Source of the DNA: an uncultured bacterium
GTDB lineage: Bacteria > Electryoneota > AABM5-125-24 > Hatepunaeales > Hatepunaeaceae
DNA length: 64,000 nt
Direction: 5' to 3'
Assembly: GCA_964627035.1 (NCBI GenBank)
Contig: CAZVKN010000001.1
Span: forward strand, 64,783-128,782
Part shown: one piece after another, positions 33,378 through 43,547 of the stretch
How the letters are laid out: every line of letters begins with the position of its first letter
How positions within the stretch are numbered: position 1 is the stretch's first letter
Position numbers and translations under genes: made by a program
Notes under the pieces: model-generated
Databases searched by the model: none
What the model saw: the letters and a program-made list of their open reading frames with translations, nothing else
What the model was told of the DNA's origin: nothing

Positions 33378-34098
33378 AGTTTTTCTGCTGCTATCTTTGG
33401 TTTTATTGGTCGGCTGCAGTTCAGTCAACAGGTTTCCTGCGGTACACACAGATAATGCGGAGAAAGCCTTAGCAGAGCTAGTAAAACTGAGCAGATCGAT
33501 TGATTTTTTTGAGGCAGATGCGACATTTGAAATTGAACTTAATGAAGACGGGGAGAAGAGGCAGTTAACGATTGATGGTGAAGTACTGTTCGATGAGTTG
33601 CAAGGATGGCATATACAGATTCTCGGACCGTTTGGAATAAAACTTGCAATAATCGAATCGGATGATGGAATGTACCGCATTCGTACTCCGCAAACGGGGC
33701 AGGTGCGTGAGGGATTGCTCACTGAAAGGATAACATTCAGCTCGTTGAACCTGGAATTTCCACACCTCACTTCATTAAGTCCACTTCTGATGCCGATATT
33801 TGATTTCAATGACAACGCTGAATGGAGGTTGACGGATTCAAGGTATTCATCTCCTGGATATCTGGAGTTGAGACACTCATCTGAGATATTCAATGTACGG
33901 TTAAAACTGATTCTGGAGTATTTTCCGTTGAAAGTTATTGAAGAGCATCACTACAGAGATAATGAAATTTTTATGACACGAACCTTCTCATACTCGGATG
34001 AATCGGAAAACATGCCGGACAGTATTAACTTGGAGTTTGAAGGATTGACGGTTGGAATATCATATAAATCAATCAGATATGAACGGAAAACATCATGA
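33349..34098 (+). CDS. Hypothetical lipoprotein (possibly LolB-like/DUF4292-type)
   Basis: Start set at MRSIPV... with lipobox LLVGCSS. About 250-aa mostly-beta protein following a TPR gene, as is common for LolB-like lipoproteins. The family assignment is tentative. Confidence 0.35.
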   Translation: MRSIPVLPVRVFLLLSLVLLVGCSSVNRFPAVHTDNAEKALAELVKLSRSIDFFEADATFEIELNEDGEKRQLTIDGEVLFDELQGWHIQILGPFGIKLAIIESDDGMYRIRTPQTGQVREGLLTERITFSSLNLEFPHLTSLSPLLMPIFDFNDNAEWRLTDSRYSSPGYLELRHSSEIFNVRLKLILEYFPLKVIEEHHYRDNEIFMTRTFSYSDESENMPDSINLEFEGLTVGISYKSIRYERKTS

Positions 34099-35036
34099 TT
34101 ATTTCAGTAGTGATACCGTTTTACAATGAAGAAGAGTCTCTTAAGCAGCTCTATAAACAGATAATTGAAACTTTGTCAACCTTTGAAAATGATTTTGAGC
34201 TGATCTTTATTGATGACGGCTCTACGGATAGTTCAAACACTATTGTCGGCTCACTGAGGGGACATAATCCGAAGGTGCGTCTCATAACCTTTAGACGCAA
34301 TCAGGGTAAATCTGCTGCTCTTGCAGTGGGATTCAAAGCTGCCACCGGTAAATATGTCGTTACACTCGACGCTGATCTGCAGGACGATCCCAGTGAAATA
34401 CACAATCTTATACAAAAACTAGAGCAAGGATTTGACCTCGTGACCGGTTGGAAGAAGGTGAGACATGATCCTGTCTCAAAAAGACTCCCATCAAGACTAT
34501 TTAATAACGTCACATCCCTGTTGTCCGGCATTAAGCTGCACGACTTCAATTGCGGCTTAAAGGGATACCGATTTGAAGTGGTCAAATCAATTAAGGTTTA
34601 CGGAGAGCGTCACCGGTTTATTCCGGTTCTCGCACACATGCTAGGCTTCAAGGTAACTGAGTTGCCCGTCAAACACCATCCCCGTCAATTTGGCAAAACC
34701 AAGTATGGCATGTATAGATTCCTCGCAGGATTTCTTGATCTGATCACCCTGTTGTTCAGGATGAAGTTTCTGTCCAAACCGATGCATCTGTTCGGTAGTC
34801 TCGGATTAGCCGGTTTTGCTCTTGGATCGAGCATAATCATTTATCTCGCTATCGGCTGGTTTTACGGCAAATGGATTGGATACCGTCCACTGCTGTTGTA
34901 TGGAATTCTGGCTGTAATCACCGGTGTACAGTTGTTTACACTTGGGTTACTCGGTGAAATGATCGCTGAGGATAAGCAGGATCATGAATATCCGATCCGA
35001 AACGATTCAGACGTTGAGTCCCGTGACGGTTCATGA
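34095..35036 (+). CDS. GT2 polyprenol-phosphate glycosyltransferase (GtrB/ArnC-like)
   Basis: 313 aa; N-terminal GT-A domain (VIPFYNEEESL, DDGSTD, DADLQDDP) plus two C-terminal TMs. Confidence 0.8.
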   Translation: MIISVVIPFYNEEESLKQLYKQIIETLSTFENDFELIFIDDGSTDSSNTIVGSLRGHNPKVRLITFRRNQGKSAALAVGFKAATGKYVVTLDADLQDDPSEIHNLIQKLEQGFDLVTGWKKVRHDPVSKRLPSRLFNNVTSLLSGIKLHDFNCGLKGYRFEVVKSIKVYGERHRFIPVLAHMLGFKVTELPVKHHPRQFGKTKYGMYRFLAGFLDLITLLFRMKFLSKPMHLFGSLGLAGFALGSSIIIYLAIGWFYGKWIGYRPLLLYGILAVITGVQLFTLGLLGEMIAEDKQDHEYPIRNDSDVESRDGS

Positions 35037-36157
35037 AGACTGCATTTGTAGGTCCGGCGCATCCGTATCGTGGTGGCATAGCGCACTTCGGTGCCAGGCT
35101 TGCACACGAATTAAACAACAATCACGAAATACAGTTTATTAATTTTACCCGCCTCTATCCAAATTTTCTTTTCCCGGGAAAAACGCAAATTGACAACAGC
35201 AATTCACCAATAGATTTTCCCAATGAACGTCTAATAGATTCTATTTCACCAAGGTCATGGCGAATAACAGGAGAGCACATTCGCAATTACGATTGTGATG
35301 CGATGATCTTCCACTGGTGGCACCCGTTTTTTGGACCTGCTTATAGAGCAATAGCTCACAAAGTGGGTGACAAGGCGATCAAAGTGGCAATCTGCCATAA
35401 TGTGCTCCCGCATGATCACAATGCGTTGAATCGAATTGCAGTCAAGTTTGGACTCAAAAAGATGGACGGTTCTATTCTCCATAGCCTGGATGACCAGAAA
35501 ACCTTTAACAATCTCCTGACTAATCGTCCCTATCTCAAGCTTTTTCACCCACTTTATGACATCTTCCCCCATCAAACTATGCTTAGATCTGAAGCCCGGG
35601 ATGAAATCGGACTTTCGGAGGAAGATCGGGTCGTGCTTTATTTCGGACTGATAAGACCGTACAAGGGTGTTGAAGTGCTGCTTAATGCTGCTAAACACTT
35701 AAAAGACATACAGAATCTTAAAATCCTGATAGTCGGGGAAATATACTCAGGTTCAAATTCTATTATTCAGCAGATCAAGAAACTTCCACCTAATATGGTT
35801 CGCTTGGTGAACCAATATGTCCCAAATGATGAGGTCTCAACCTGGTTCAGAGCAGCGGATATAGTTGCATTGCCATATCTTTCAGCCACGCAGAGCGGCG
35901 TGGTTCCGATTGCGTACAGTTGCAACCGCCCGGTGATTGTTACAAACGTAGGAGGTCTGCCGGAGATAGTGCTGGATAAAGAAAGCGGATATCTAATAGA
36001 GGCGAGGGATTCACTTGGACTGGCTCACAGCATAAGACAACATTTCATTGAGAATGGAAATCCGAGCATGAAGGACGGTATAAAAAAGATGAAGCAAAAA
36101 CTTAGCTGGTCAACCTACGCTTCTGAACTGATCAAATTTATCGAGTCTCTGAGCTGA
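35033..36157 (+). CDS. Glycosyltransferase family 4 (GT-B)
   Basis: 374 aa; C-terminal GT-B motifs (E..GLP..E, ESGYLIE). Confidence 0.75.
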   Translation: MKTAFVGPAHPYRGGIAHFGARLAHELNNNHEIQFINFTRLYPNFLFPGKTQIDNSNSPIDFPNERLIDSISPRSWRITGEHIRNYDCDAMIFHWWHPFFGPAYRAIAHKVGDKAIKVAICHNVLPHDHNALNRIAVKFGLKKMDGSILHSLDDQKTFNNLLTNRPYLKLFHPLYDIFPHQTMLRSEARDEIGLSEEDRVVLYFGLIRPYKGVEVLLNAAKHLKDIQNLKILIVGEIYSGSNSIIQQIKKLPPNMVRLVNQYVPNDEVSTWFRAADIVALPYLSATQSGVVPIAYSCNRPVIVTNVGGLPEIVLDKESGYLIEARDSLGLAHSIRQHFIENGNPSMKDGIKKMKQKLSWSTYASELIKFIESLS

Positions 36158-37107
36158 TGAACCGAAGTCCTAAAGTTACTGCAGTTGTGGTAAACTGGAA
36201 TCAGCGGGATCTGACAATCGAGTGCATAACGTCGTTGCTGGACTCAGATTATGATAATCTCGATATCATTCTAATTGATAACGGCTCAAAGGATGACTCG
36301 GTCAAGGTGATAAGAGAATCGTTCTGCGGAGTTAGAATTATCTCCAATGAATCAAATCTGGGATTTGCTGAGGGAAATAATCGGGGAATTGCAGCAGCCC
36401 TCGATCAAAAATCTGACTATGTTTTGTTTCTGAACAATGACGCAACTGTTGCACCTGACTGCATAGCCAAGTTAGTGAATGTTATCGAAGCGAACAGTGA
36501 TACCGGAGCGGTGACACCGTACATCTTTTATCATGATGACAGAGATTTGATATGGTATGGTGGAGGAATCGTTCGGTTATGGCGTGGGAAGATAGCGCAT
36601 CTGCATTTACGGGAGAAGCAGGATATGGGCTCTCGCAATGTGCAGCAGACAGATTATTTCTCGGGATGCGCCGCTCTTGTCAAGGCTGATCTGATAAGGG
36701 AGATCGGTGGATTTGATCCCATATACGGTATGTACAGCGAGGATGTAGATCTCAGCCTGAGAATACGTGAAAATGGACACCAGATTTTAGTAATACCGAA
36801 GGCTAAGGCGTACCATAGAGTGTCTGTATCAGCCGGAGGAGAGATATCCCCATTGAAAGCATTCCATCGCGGTCGAAGTGCGGTGCTTCTTGTTAAGAGA
36901 TGGTCAAAACTGTGGCATCTGCCGACGCTGATCATCGGAGGATTCCTCGGGGCAATATATATCAGCCTGAAACTAATACTTAAAGGAAAAATCGGCACAG
37001 TGAGTGCAATTTGGCAGGGGCTGTTTGTAGGGTTGATCGGGAGCAGTGTACCCCAAAAGTTTCAACTCGAGTATATGAACGAGGATTTTGATGCCAGAAC
37101 TACCTGA
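36157..37107 (+). CDS. Glycosyltransferase family 2
   Basis: 316 aa; VVNWNQRDLT...DNGSKDDS GT-A signature. Confidence 0.75.
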   Translation: MNRSPKVTAVVVNWNQRDLTIECITSLLDSDYDNLDIILIDNGSKDDSVKVIRESFCGVRIISNESNLGFAEGNNRGIAAALDQKSDYVLFLNNDATVAPDCIAKLVNVIEANSDTGAVTPYIFYHDDRDLIWYGGGIVRLWRGKIAHLHLREKQDMGSRNVQQTDYFSGCAALVKADLIREIGGFDPIYGMYSEDVDLSLRIRENGHQILVIPKAKAYHRVSVSAGGEISPLKAFHRGRSAVLLVKRWSKLWHLPTLIIGGFLGAIYISLKLILKGKIGTVSAIWQGLFVGLIGSSVPQKFQLEYMNEDFDARTT

Positions 37108-37894
37108 GGTAGAATCCGTCAGGCGCGAGCTTTCAGGACTCATTGTCGGAAAGAAGATTATCTCAGTTGAACTCTTTGATCCTGTGATTATCAGACAAGG
37201 AAGACTTGAAGATCTAATAGGGAAAGCTGTCACATCAATCCACCGTACTGGGAAATACCTCCAATTTGATACCGATAGCACTGTCAAGATGTATTCTCAT
37301 TTCGGCATGAGTGGTTTAATGCTATGGGAAGATCATATTACTATTGACCCCAGACATATCAGATGCTCAATAACATTTGAGAATGGGAAACTGCTGTACA
37401 ACGACATTCGGAAGTTGAAGGGTCTGTGGATTGATAACGAAGGACTATTTCCTTGGAAAAAACTTGGCATTGATGCCTTGAGTCCCGATTTTACATCTAT
37501 ACTGTTGAGCAAAATGCTGAAGAAGCGAACCCGGACAATAAAACTCGTACTGCTTGATCAGACTTTGGTCGCTGGTATTGGCAATATTTATGCATCTGAA
37601 ATCTTGTTTGCAGCAAAGATTAACCCGCTTCGCGAAGCAGGAAGTCTTTGTGATAGTGAAATTGAGTTACTGCATGAGAACATTGTTTCGGTGCTAAACG
37701 CTGCCATCAAAGCCAGCGGCACAACGCTGAAGGATTATAAGCTCTCTGACGGAAAAGAAGGATCGTTTCAGAACTTCCTGAAAGTGTACGGTAAAAAGGA
37801 ACAAGATTGTCCACGTTGTGGCTGTCAAATCAAAAAAATCACACAAGCCCAGCGAAGCACATATTTTTGTTCTAACAACTCGTGTCAACTATAG
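37088..37894 (+). CDS. mutM: Formamidopyrimidine-DNA glycosylase
   Basis: N-terminal PELPEVE, H2TH domain, C-terminal zinc finger CPRCG...C..C. Confidence 0.9.
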   Translation: MMPELPEVESVRRELSGLIVGKKIISVELFDPVIIRQGRLEDLIGKAVTSIHRTGKYLQFDTDSTVKMYSHFGMSGLMLWEDHITIDPRHIRCSITFENGKLLYNDIRKLKGLWIDNEGLFPWKKLGIDALSPDFTSILLSKMLKKRTRTIKLVLLDQTLVAGIGNIYASEILFAAKINPLREAGSLCDSEIELLHENIVSVLNAAIKASGTTLKDYKLSDGKEGSFQNFLKVYGKKEQDCPRCGCQIKKITQAQRSTYFCSNNSCQL

Positions 37895-37963
37895 GTAGGG
37901 GCTTGATTTATCAAGCCCGCATGAGTTGGCATTGTAACGGGCTTAACAAATCAGGCCCCTACC
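37894..37963 (+). other. Compound stem-loop immediately after the mutM stop (possible structured RNA or attenuator)
   Basis: Outer 9-bp stem GGTAGGGGC/GCCCCTACC encloses the inner hairpin GGCTTGAT-TT-ATCAAGCC and further pairing. No U-tract follows. Confidence 0.4.
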
Positions 37964-38448
37964 GTTCAACAGTAGCAATTTCGCAGGACATTGCGGTTTT
38001 TGCATTGTCTGTGAAAAAGCATTCACTCCCATCAGGCTCGATTGTGACTCCTGACATTCTTACAGACAAGAATAAAAGACAATTATACCCCCCGATACAT
38101 CATCACAAGACCTTTCTTTATGCTGTGGGCAGTGGGAACTCCACCTTACATCCTACCAAACACACACCAACGAAGTTGATTTTGTTATAGGTCGGTACAT
38201 TTATTGCGCTGTATTCTATGGTGGTTTAGTTTTTGACTACTTCTCATTCCATTGCTTGTGCATGGCTGTTTTATTGCTTTCAATCTCTATATGCCATTGC
38301 CTTTTCAATAAAACACAGCGATAGTGATATAAGTCATTGATTTTTGACTGTACGGGTAATATTTTCTAATAGTTTTCGTACCATGTCACAGATAAACTTC
38401 CAAATAAGACAAATCAGAAAAATATACTCAGAATAAATAAAGGTTAAT

Positions 38449-41118
38449 ATGAAGACTAATTATTGCTTGCTTTTGGTGGGCGTGTTCGCCCTGCTGCTGA
38501 GCCAACCTCTGTTTGCCGGAGATCCAATCCCCGATGATGAGTACCGACCGGGCATTGTAGTGTTTAAGGTTGCCCCGGACTTAAAAGTTGATCTTCCGGA
38601 AAGCGGATCGGATGAATTTGGTGCAGCTCATATAGACAAGTTTCTCTCGCAGATAAAAATGGAGAAGGTCGAGCGGACTTTTCCGCACTGCCTGCCTCCT
38701 AAACCTAACGGAACCGATCTAAGCCTGATTTATACCGTTTACTTTCCGACTACAGTTGATGTAATAGATGTCTGCAGCGATCTCAAACGACTTTCCGGAG
38801 TTGTTTACGCTGACCCCTGGTGGATTCCACGATACAGCCTCGACCACAATGATCCACACCGTAACAGTCAATATGGACTTAATCTTTGTGAAGCAAACGA
38901 TGCTCACGATCTTTCAACCGGTAATTCCGATGCAATCGTAGCAATCGTGGACAGCGGGATTGATATGGATCATTCCGATCTTTTACCAAATATCTGGGTA
39001 AATCTTGGTGAAGATGCCAACGGTGACGGTGAATTGGATGAAGATGACGAGAATGATGAGGATGACGACAGAAACGGCAAAGTGGATGATTTTTGGGGTT
39101 GGGATTTTCTGGATCGTGATGGATACCCTCACGATTCTGACCGCAGCGGTTGGCGAGGACACGGTACTCATTGTGCAGGTATCGCTTCCGCCAAGACAAA
39201 CAATCGAATCGGTGTCGCCAGTGTAGGTTACGACTGCACAATTCTTCCGGTAAGAACCGGCAGCGAGGGAACGGTGAGATACGGATATCAAGGTATTGAG
39301 TATGCAGTCAGGGCAGGCGCTCACGTGATCAGTTGTTCATGGGGTGGATACCAAAGTGCCGGATGGGCACGCGATGTCATAAATAACGCTTACGAAAACG
39401 ATGTTTTGGTGCTATGTGCTTCCGGAAACGACAATACTGATAGAGAGCATTTTCCTTCTGCATATGAGAATGTCGTATCTGTCGCAGCAACAAACAGTAA
39501 TGACGTTAAGGCTAATTTTTCAAACTACGGTGATCACGTAGATATCTCCGCTCCCGGTGTACAAATTCGCAGCACTTTCCTCGGAAACAGATATTCATAT
39601 ATGAGCGGTACATCTATGGCTTGTCCTTTTGCTGCGGGAGTTGCTGTTCTGATTCGAGCTGCTATTCCTGATGCTGATGTTGATGAAGTTCGAGAACTGC
39701 TTCTTGAGGGAGCTGACGATATCACCGATGTCAACCAGAACCGTTATGAAGGTCTGCTCGGCTCAGGGAGGATTAATGCATACAACTCGTTGATACTGGG
39801 GCAGCGTCCGATGCCTGCTATTGGTCAGCTTGAGATTGTTGCGGATGGAAATGACAACGGTCGTCTCGATCCCGGTGAAGATGTCGAGATTGTCATAACG
39901 GTCAATAACAACCTCGGAAGGATACCGGCAGAAGATGTCGTAATGACCATCAGCAGTGACGATCCCACAATTGAGATTGACATGAGCATGGTTGAACTCG
40001 GTGACATTGAGCCGGGTGAGGATGCTGACAATGAAGCTGAACCGTTTGTCCTGTCAATAGACGAAGATGCAATAGACCATACAACTTTTCTCAATGTATT
40101 TGTCACCGTTCAACCCGGTGACATATCAGTTTCAAAGAAATTTGAGCTTGTAATCGGTCATCCGGACATTCTCATCGTGGACGATGACAACGGCAGAGAC
40201 ATTGAAGGATGGTATTTTAGTACCGTTGAACAGATGGGTCAGGGCTGGGTCAGATGGAGTGTCGAGGAGAATCCAGAAGTAGATCCAAATGATGTTGCTG
40301 ATCTTCTTTTAGAGCATCGGGTCGTTATCTGGGCTACCGGAAACGACGATGAACCACTCGATGAGATTGACAGATGGACTATCTCTGCAGCACTCTTAGA
40401 CGGTGCGAGTGTTCTACTGATCGGAAACAGAATCGGTAATGATGACGAAAATCACGACATGCTTGAGGAGTTTTTCGGAGCAGAGCATGAAGCTGATTCT
40501 GTTGCAAGTGCACTGATGGTTTCGGGATTACCGTTCAAACCTGTTAATGAAAATGTGGTAACCAATTTCTGGTTTAATCCGGATCGAAGGCAGTCACCTT
40601 CAATAATGGAACCGATTAATGGAGCTGACAGCCTGCTGGTATATCTTCGAAGGCCAGGTGATGAGCGAGGTTTGGCGGGAGTTTACCGTGAAAGTGATTT
40701 TGGTGAAGGAGGGACAGTTTACCTTGGATTTACATTTGAGACACTGAGCACGGCACCGACAGAACCATCAGTAATGCTTAATCAGATTTACAATTGGATG
40801 ATCGGTGAATGGGAAGAACCTGATTCAGCACCTGGTGACAACAGCGTCCCGTATGAATTTGCGCTCAATCCGGCATTTCCTAATCCATTCAACAGCACTT
40901 TGCAGCTAAACTACAGCCTGCCTGAGCAAGCTGATTACCGCCTGGCTATCTTTGACGCATCGGGCCGTCTGACAGCACTCATTGACAGAGGCAATGCACC
41001 GGCCGGACAGTATAAGACGCAGTGGGATGCAGCAGGAATCCCTTCGGGCATCTACTTTCTCCAACTGGAAAGCGTCGGACAGAAAAGCCTGTCGCAAAAG
41101 ATCACCTTGATCAAATAG
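38449..41118 (+). CDS. Subtilisin-like serine peptidase (S8) with a T9SS C-terminal sorting domain
   Basis: 889 aa; signal peptide; catalytic triad in VAIVDSGID / HGTHCAGIAS / GTSMACP; acidic insert DANGDGELDEDDENDEDDDRNGKVDD; C-terminal FPNPFNSTLQLNY...GIYFLQLESV (Por secretion tail, type A). Confidence 0.9.
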   Translation: MKTNYCLLLVGVFALLLSQPLFAGDPIPDDEYRPGIVVFKVAPDLKVDLPESGSDEFGAAHIDKFLSQIKMEKVERTFPHCLPPKPNGTDLSLIYTVYFPTTVDVIDVCSDLKRLSGVVYADPWWIPRYSLDHNDPHRNSQYGLNLCEANDAHDLSTGNSDAIVAIVDSGIDMDHSDLLPNIWVNLGEDANGDGELDEDDENDEDDDRNGKVDDFWGWDFLDRDGYPHDSDRSGWRGHGTHCAGIASAKTNNRIGVASVGYDCTILPVRTGSEGTVRYGYQGIEYAVRAGAHVISCSWGGYQSAGWARDVINNAYENDVLVLCASGNDNTDREHFPSAYENVVSVAATNSNDVKANFSNYGDHVDISAPGVQIRSTFLGNRYSYMSGTSMACPFAAGVAVLIRAAIPDADVDEVRELLLEGADDITDVNQNRYEGLLGSGRINAYNSLILGQRPMPAIGQLEIVADGNDNGRLDPGEDVEIVITVNNNLGRIPAEDVVMTISSDDPTIEIDMSMVELGDIEPGEDADNEAEPFVLSIDEDAIDHTTFLNVFVTVQPGDISVSKKFELVIGHPDILIVDDDNGRDIEGWYFSTVEQMGQGWVRWSVEENPEVDPNDVADLLLEHRVVIWATGNDDEPLDEIDRWTISAALLDGASVLLIGNRIGNDDENHDMLEEFFGAEHEADSVASALMVSGLPFKPVNENVVTNFWFNPDRRQSPSIMEPINGADSLLVYLRRPGDERGLAGVYRESDFGEGGTVYLGFTFETLSTAPTEPSVMLNQIYNWMIGEWEEPDSAPGDNSVPYEFALNPAFPNPFNSTLQLNYSLPEQADYRLAIFDASGRLTALIDRGNAPAGQYKTQWDAAGIPSGIYFLQLESVGQKSLSQKITLIK

Positions 41119-41130
41119 TAATTGTGATGA

Positions 41131-41170
41131 CCTGCTGTCCTCTAACAACAGGTGACAGCAGGTTTTCGTT
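41131..41170 (+). terminator. Rho-independent terminator after the first S8 gene
   Basis: CCTGCTGTC...GACAGCAGG stem followed by TTTTCGTT. Confidence 0.6.
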
Positions 41171-41194
41171 GCCATATACTCTCCCGGAGTTGTT

Positions 41195-43288
41195 ATGAGA
41201 CTTCGTTTTATACTGAGCATCCTGTCACTTCTTACAGTGATTATTCCCTCAGTTCTATTTGCCAATACCAACATCCTTGACGGTCGCCTCAATCAAGATC
41301 TCTATCTGATAGAGAAATTTCGTGAAGACCCATCAGACCGAAACGCAGCTCGGTTGCTTGCATATAAATTGCAACCTGAACCGGATCCGGTGCTGAAACT
41401 GTTTCTTCATCTAAATAGCTCCCCCGACGGCACCATCAAATCCGAGTTAACCGCATTAGGAGTCCAGCTTTATCCGTCAACATGGGTTCCTCCGGTTGGT
41501 GCTCATAAGACAGGCTTCATATTGGCACGAGCTTCCGCTACAGCAATTAGAACGATTGCCGAAAAGAGGGTTGTCGCTCGAGTTTCAGCCGCTTATCGCG
41601 AACTCATACCTATGAACGACCTCACCGCTGAGGGAACAGGTGCTGCGTCTGCGTGGGAACTCGATCCGCCGTTGACCGGAGAAGGTGTCAGGTTAGCGAT
41701 ATTGGATTCTGGATTTGATCTTGATCATCCTGATTTGCCTGATCCTGATCTTTCTATGGATTATGCGGACTACCCGGACACCAACGAGAATGTGACGGAC
41801 CAGATTTCGGGACACGGCACACATGTAGGCGGAACAGCATTCGGGTCCGGCGAACTGTCTGAAGGATTGTACAGTGGAATGGCTCCGGATGTCGAGCCCA
41901 TCTACTTGAAAATTGGTGATGACACAACCGGATGGGCTAGTGCTGCAGCGGTTGTTGGAGCACTCACAGGAGCTGCAACCTGGTGCGAAGCAGATATTCT
42001 GTCCATGAGCTACGGCGGTTGGGACGGTTTTAACGACGGTTCATCACCCGAAGAGCAGGCACTTGATTGGACAGTGGGTGAGGGGACTACCGCTTTCATG
42101 TCCGCCGGCAACTACGGAAGACTATGGAATCACCATTACAACGAGGTGGCTGCCAATGATACTACAGAACTAATACGAACCTTTCGACATTTCGCAGTAG
42201 AGGAGATGTATTGGACGTTGTACATGATCTGGTATGACGGTCCTGACCCAGATGTTCATAGAGAGCTCTCTTTCAGATTAATGGATAGAGAAGGCAATCA
42301 GCTTGAGTATGATGAGCTGGATCAAGTGACGAGTCCTCGTGGTGCTGAGATGCTGCAGCTGTTACCAACGGATCCGATTCCGGTTGACGGAGCATATTAC
42401 GATATCGAAGTAGTGAATCATTCTGATGAAAATCAGACGTTTCATCTCTGGACGTTCAGTACTGCCCTTCCGGTTGCATTTGAAGAGGTTAATCGTGACT
42501 ATTCGGTGATCTTACCTTCTACGGCTGACAGTGCTGTCTCTGTCGGTGCATACACAACCAGATTGGACTGGACTGACTATACGGGTGAATTCCATGAAGA
42601 CAACAACGTCATGGATTCATTGGCATTCTTCTCATCCAAAGGTCCGAGACTGGATGGACACCGAAAACCTGACATAGTGGGACCGGGTCAGAGAACGATT
42701 TCATGCCGAGATAGGAATATACATCTTCTCAATGATGCCTATGCCTGGCAGATTATTTCAAATGATGGAGGGGAGGGTGAACCTGCTGATTATATCATTA
42801 TGATGGGAACGTCAATGTCATGTCCGGCAACCGCCGGAACAGCAGCGTTAATTCTACAAGCAAACCCTGATTTTACATCCGCCGAACTACGCGAAAGGAT
42901 ATTTCAATCAGCCCGAGCGGATCGATACACGGGAGAAATTCCCAATCTGCATTGGGGATGGGGTAAGATAGATGTCATTTCGGCACTTGACGTGAAAGAT
43001 CAGGTTGTTTCTATTAACTTTCCTAATAGCATTGAGATAACATCATACTATCCGAACCCTTTTAACAATCGTATAGCCGTTGAATTCCTTGTTGGACAAG
43101 AGGGCAATGTGGTAATTACCTTGCATGACGTGTCTGGAAGAAAACTTTGGTCTGACAGTCATGCAGCAGTTAAGGGGAAAAATTCTTACTCATCTGACAG
43201 ATTCACCAGCATTCCATCCGGCACATATATTCTGACCATCAGCGACAGCAACGGTCTGGAATCCGCAGAAATAACTATGGTCAAGTGA
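41195..43288 (+). CDS. Subtilisin-like serine peptidase (S8) with a T9SS C-terminal sorting domain
   Basis: 697 aa; signal peptide; LAILDSGFD / HGTHVGGTAFG / GTSMSCP; C-terminal YPNPFNNRIAVEF...GTYILTISD sorting domain. Confidence 0.85.
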   Translation: MRLRFILSILSLLTVIIPSVLFANTNILDGRLNQDLYLIEKFREDPSDRNAARLLAYKLQPEPDPVLKLFLHLNSSPDGTIKSELTALGVQLYPSTWVPPVGAHKTGFILARASATAIRTIAEKRVVARVSAAYRELIPMNDLTAEGTGAASAWELDPPLTGEGVRLAILDSGFDLDHPDLPDPDLSMDYADYPDTNENVTDQISGHGTHVGGTAFGSGELSEGLYSGMAPDVEPIYLKIGDDTTGWASAAAVVGALTGAATWCEADILSMSYGGWDGFNDGSSPEEQALDWTVGEGTTAFMSAGNYGRLWNHHYNEVAANDTTELIRTFRHFAVEEMYWTLYMIWYDGPDPDVHRELSFRLMDREGNQLEYDELDQVTSPRGAEMLQLLPTDPIPVDGAYYDIEVVNHSDENQTFHLWTFSTALPVAFEEVNRDYSVILPSTADSAVSVGAYTTRLDWTDYTGEFHEDNNVMDSLAFFSSKGPRLDGHRKPDIVGPGQRTISCRDRNIHLLNDAYAWQIISNDGGEGEPADYIIMMGTSMSCPATAGTAALILQANPDFTSAELRERIFQSARADRYTGEIPNLHWGWGKIDVISALDVKDQVVSINFPNSIEITSYYPNPFNNRIAVEFLVGQEGNVVITLHDVSGRKLWSDSHAAVKGKNSYSSDRFTSIPSGTYILTISDSNGLESAEITMVK

Positions 43289-43547
43289 TTTGGAACTTGC
43301 TTTGCGAAAATGGGTTGGCTCAGGTGTCAACCCGCCGTGGTTGACACTATAACTTACTGTAAATCAAGTAATGACTGTCAAGTGCGGCGACCTGACAGCA
43401 GATAGTTATCCTTCTCAGGCTCGGTGCTCAACGTGAATGACAAAATTCTTCCAAATATTTTAGATTTCTCCCTGACAATAAACTCTTGACATTGATACTG
43501 TTAAACCTTACCTTGAAAGATATGAGTTGCTGAAACTGGAGATTGAC

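Noticed and set aside
37894-37963. Possible tRNA (70-nt element with a 7-9 bp terminal stem)
   Set aside because: No D-loop or T-loop consensus (no GTTCRA / TTCGA), and the internal arm lengths do not fit a cloverleaf. I treat it as a stem-loop or structured element instead.
37882-38190. 102-aa ORF in the mutM-S8 intergenic region
   Set aside because: It starts inside a strong compound stem-loop, has no RBS, has low-complexity composition, and overlaps the mutM stop. It is more plausibly non-coding leader or structured RNA.
43323-43347. Hairpin GGTGTCAACC-cgccgt-GGTTGACAC(T) after the second S8 gene, considered as a terminator
   Set aside because: A good 9-10 bp stem but no following U-tract, so it is not called as an intrinsic terminator. 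It may still be a Rho-dependent site or processing site.
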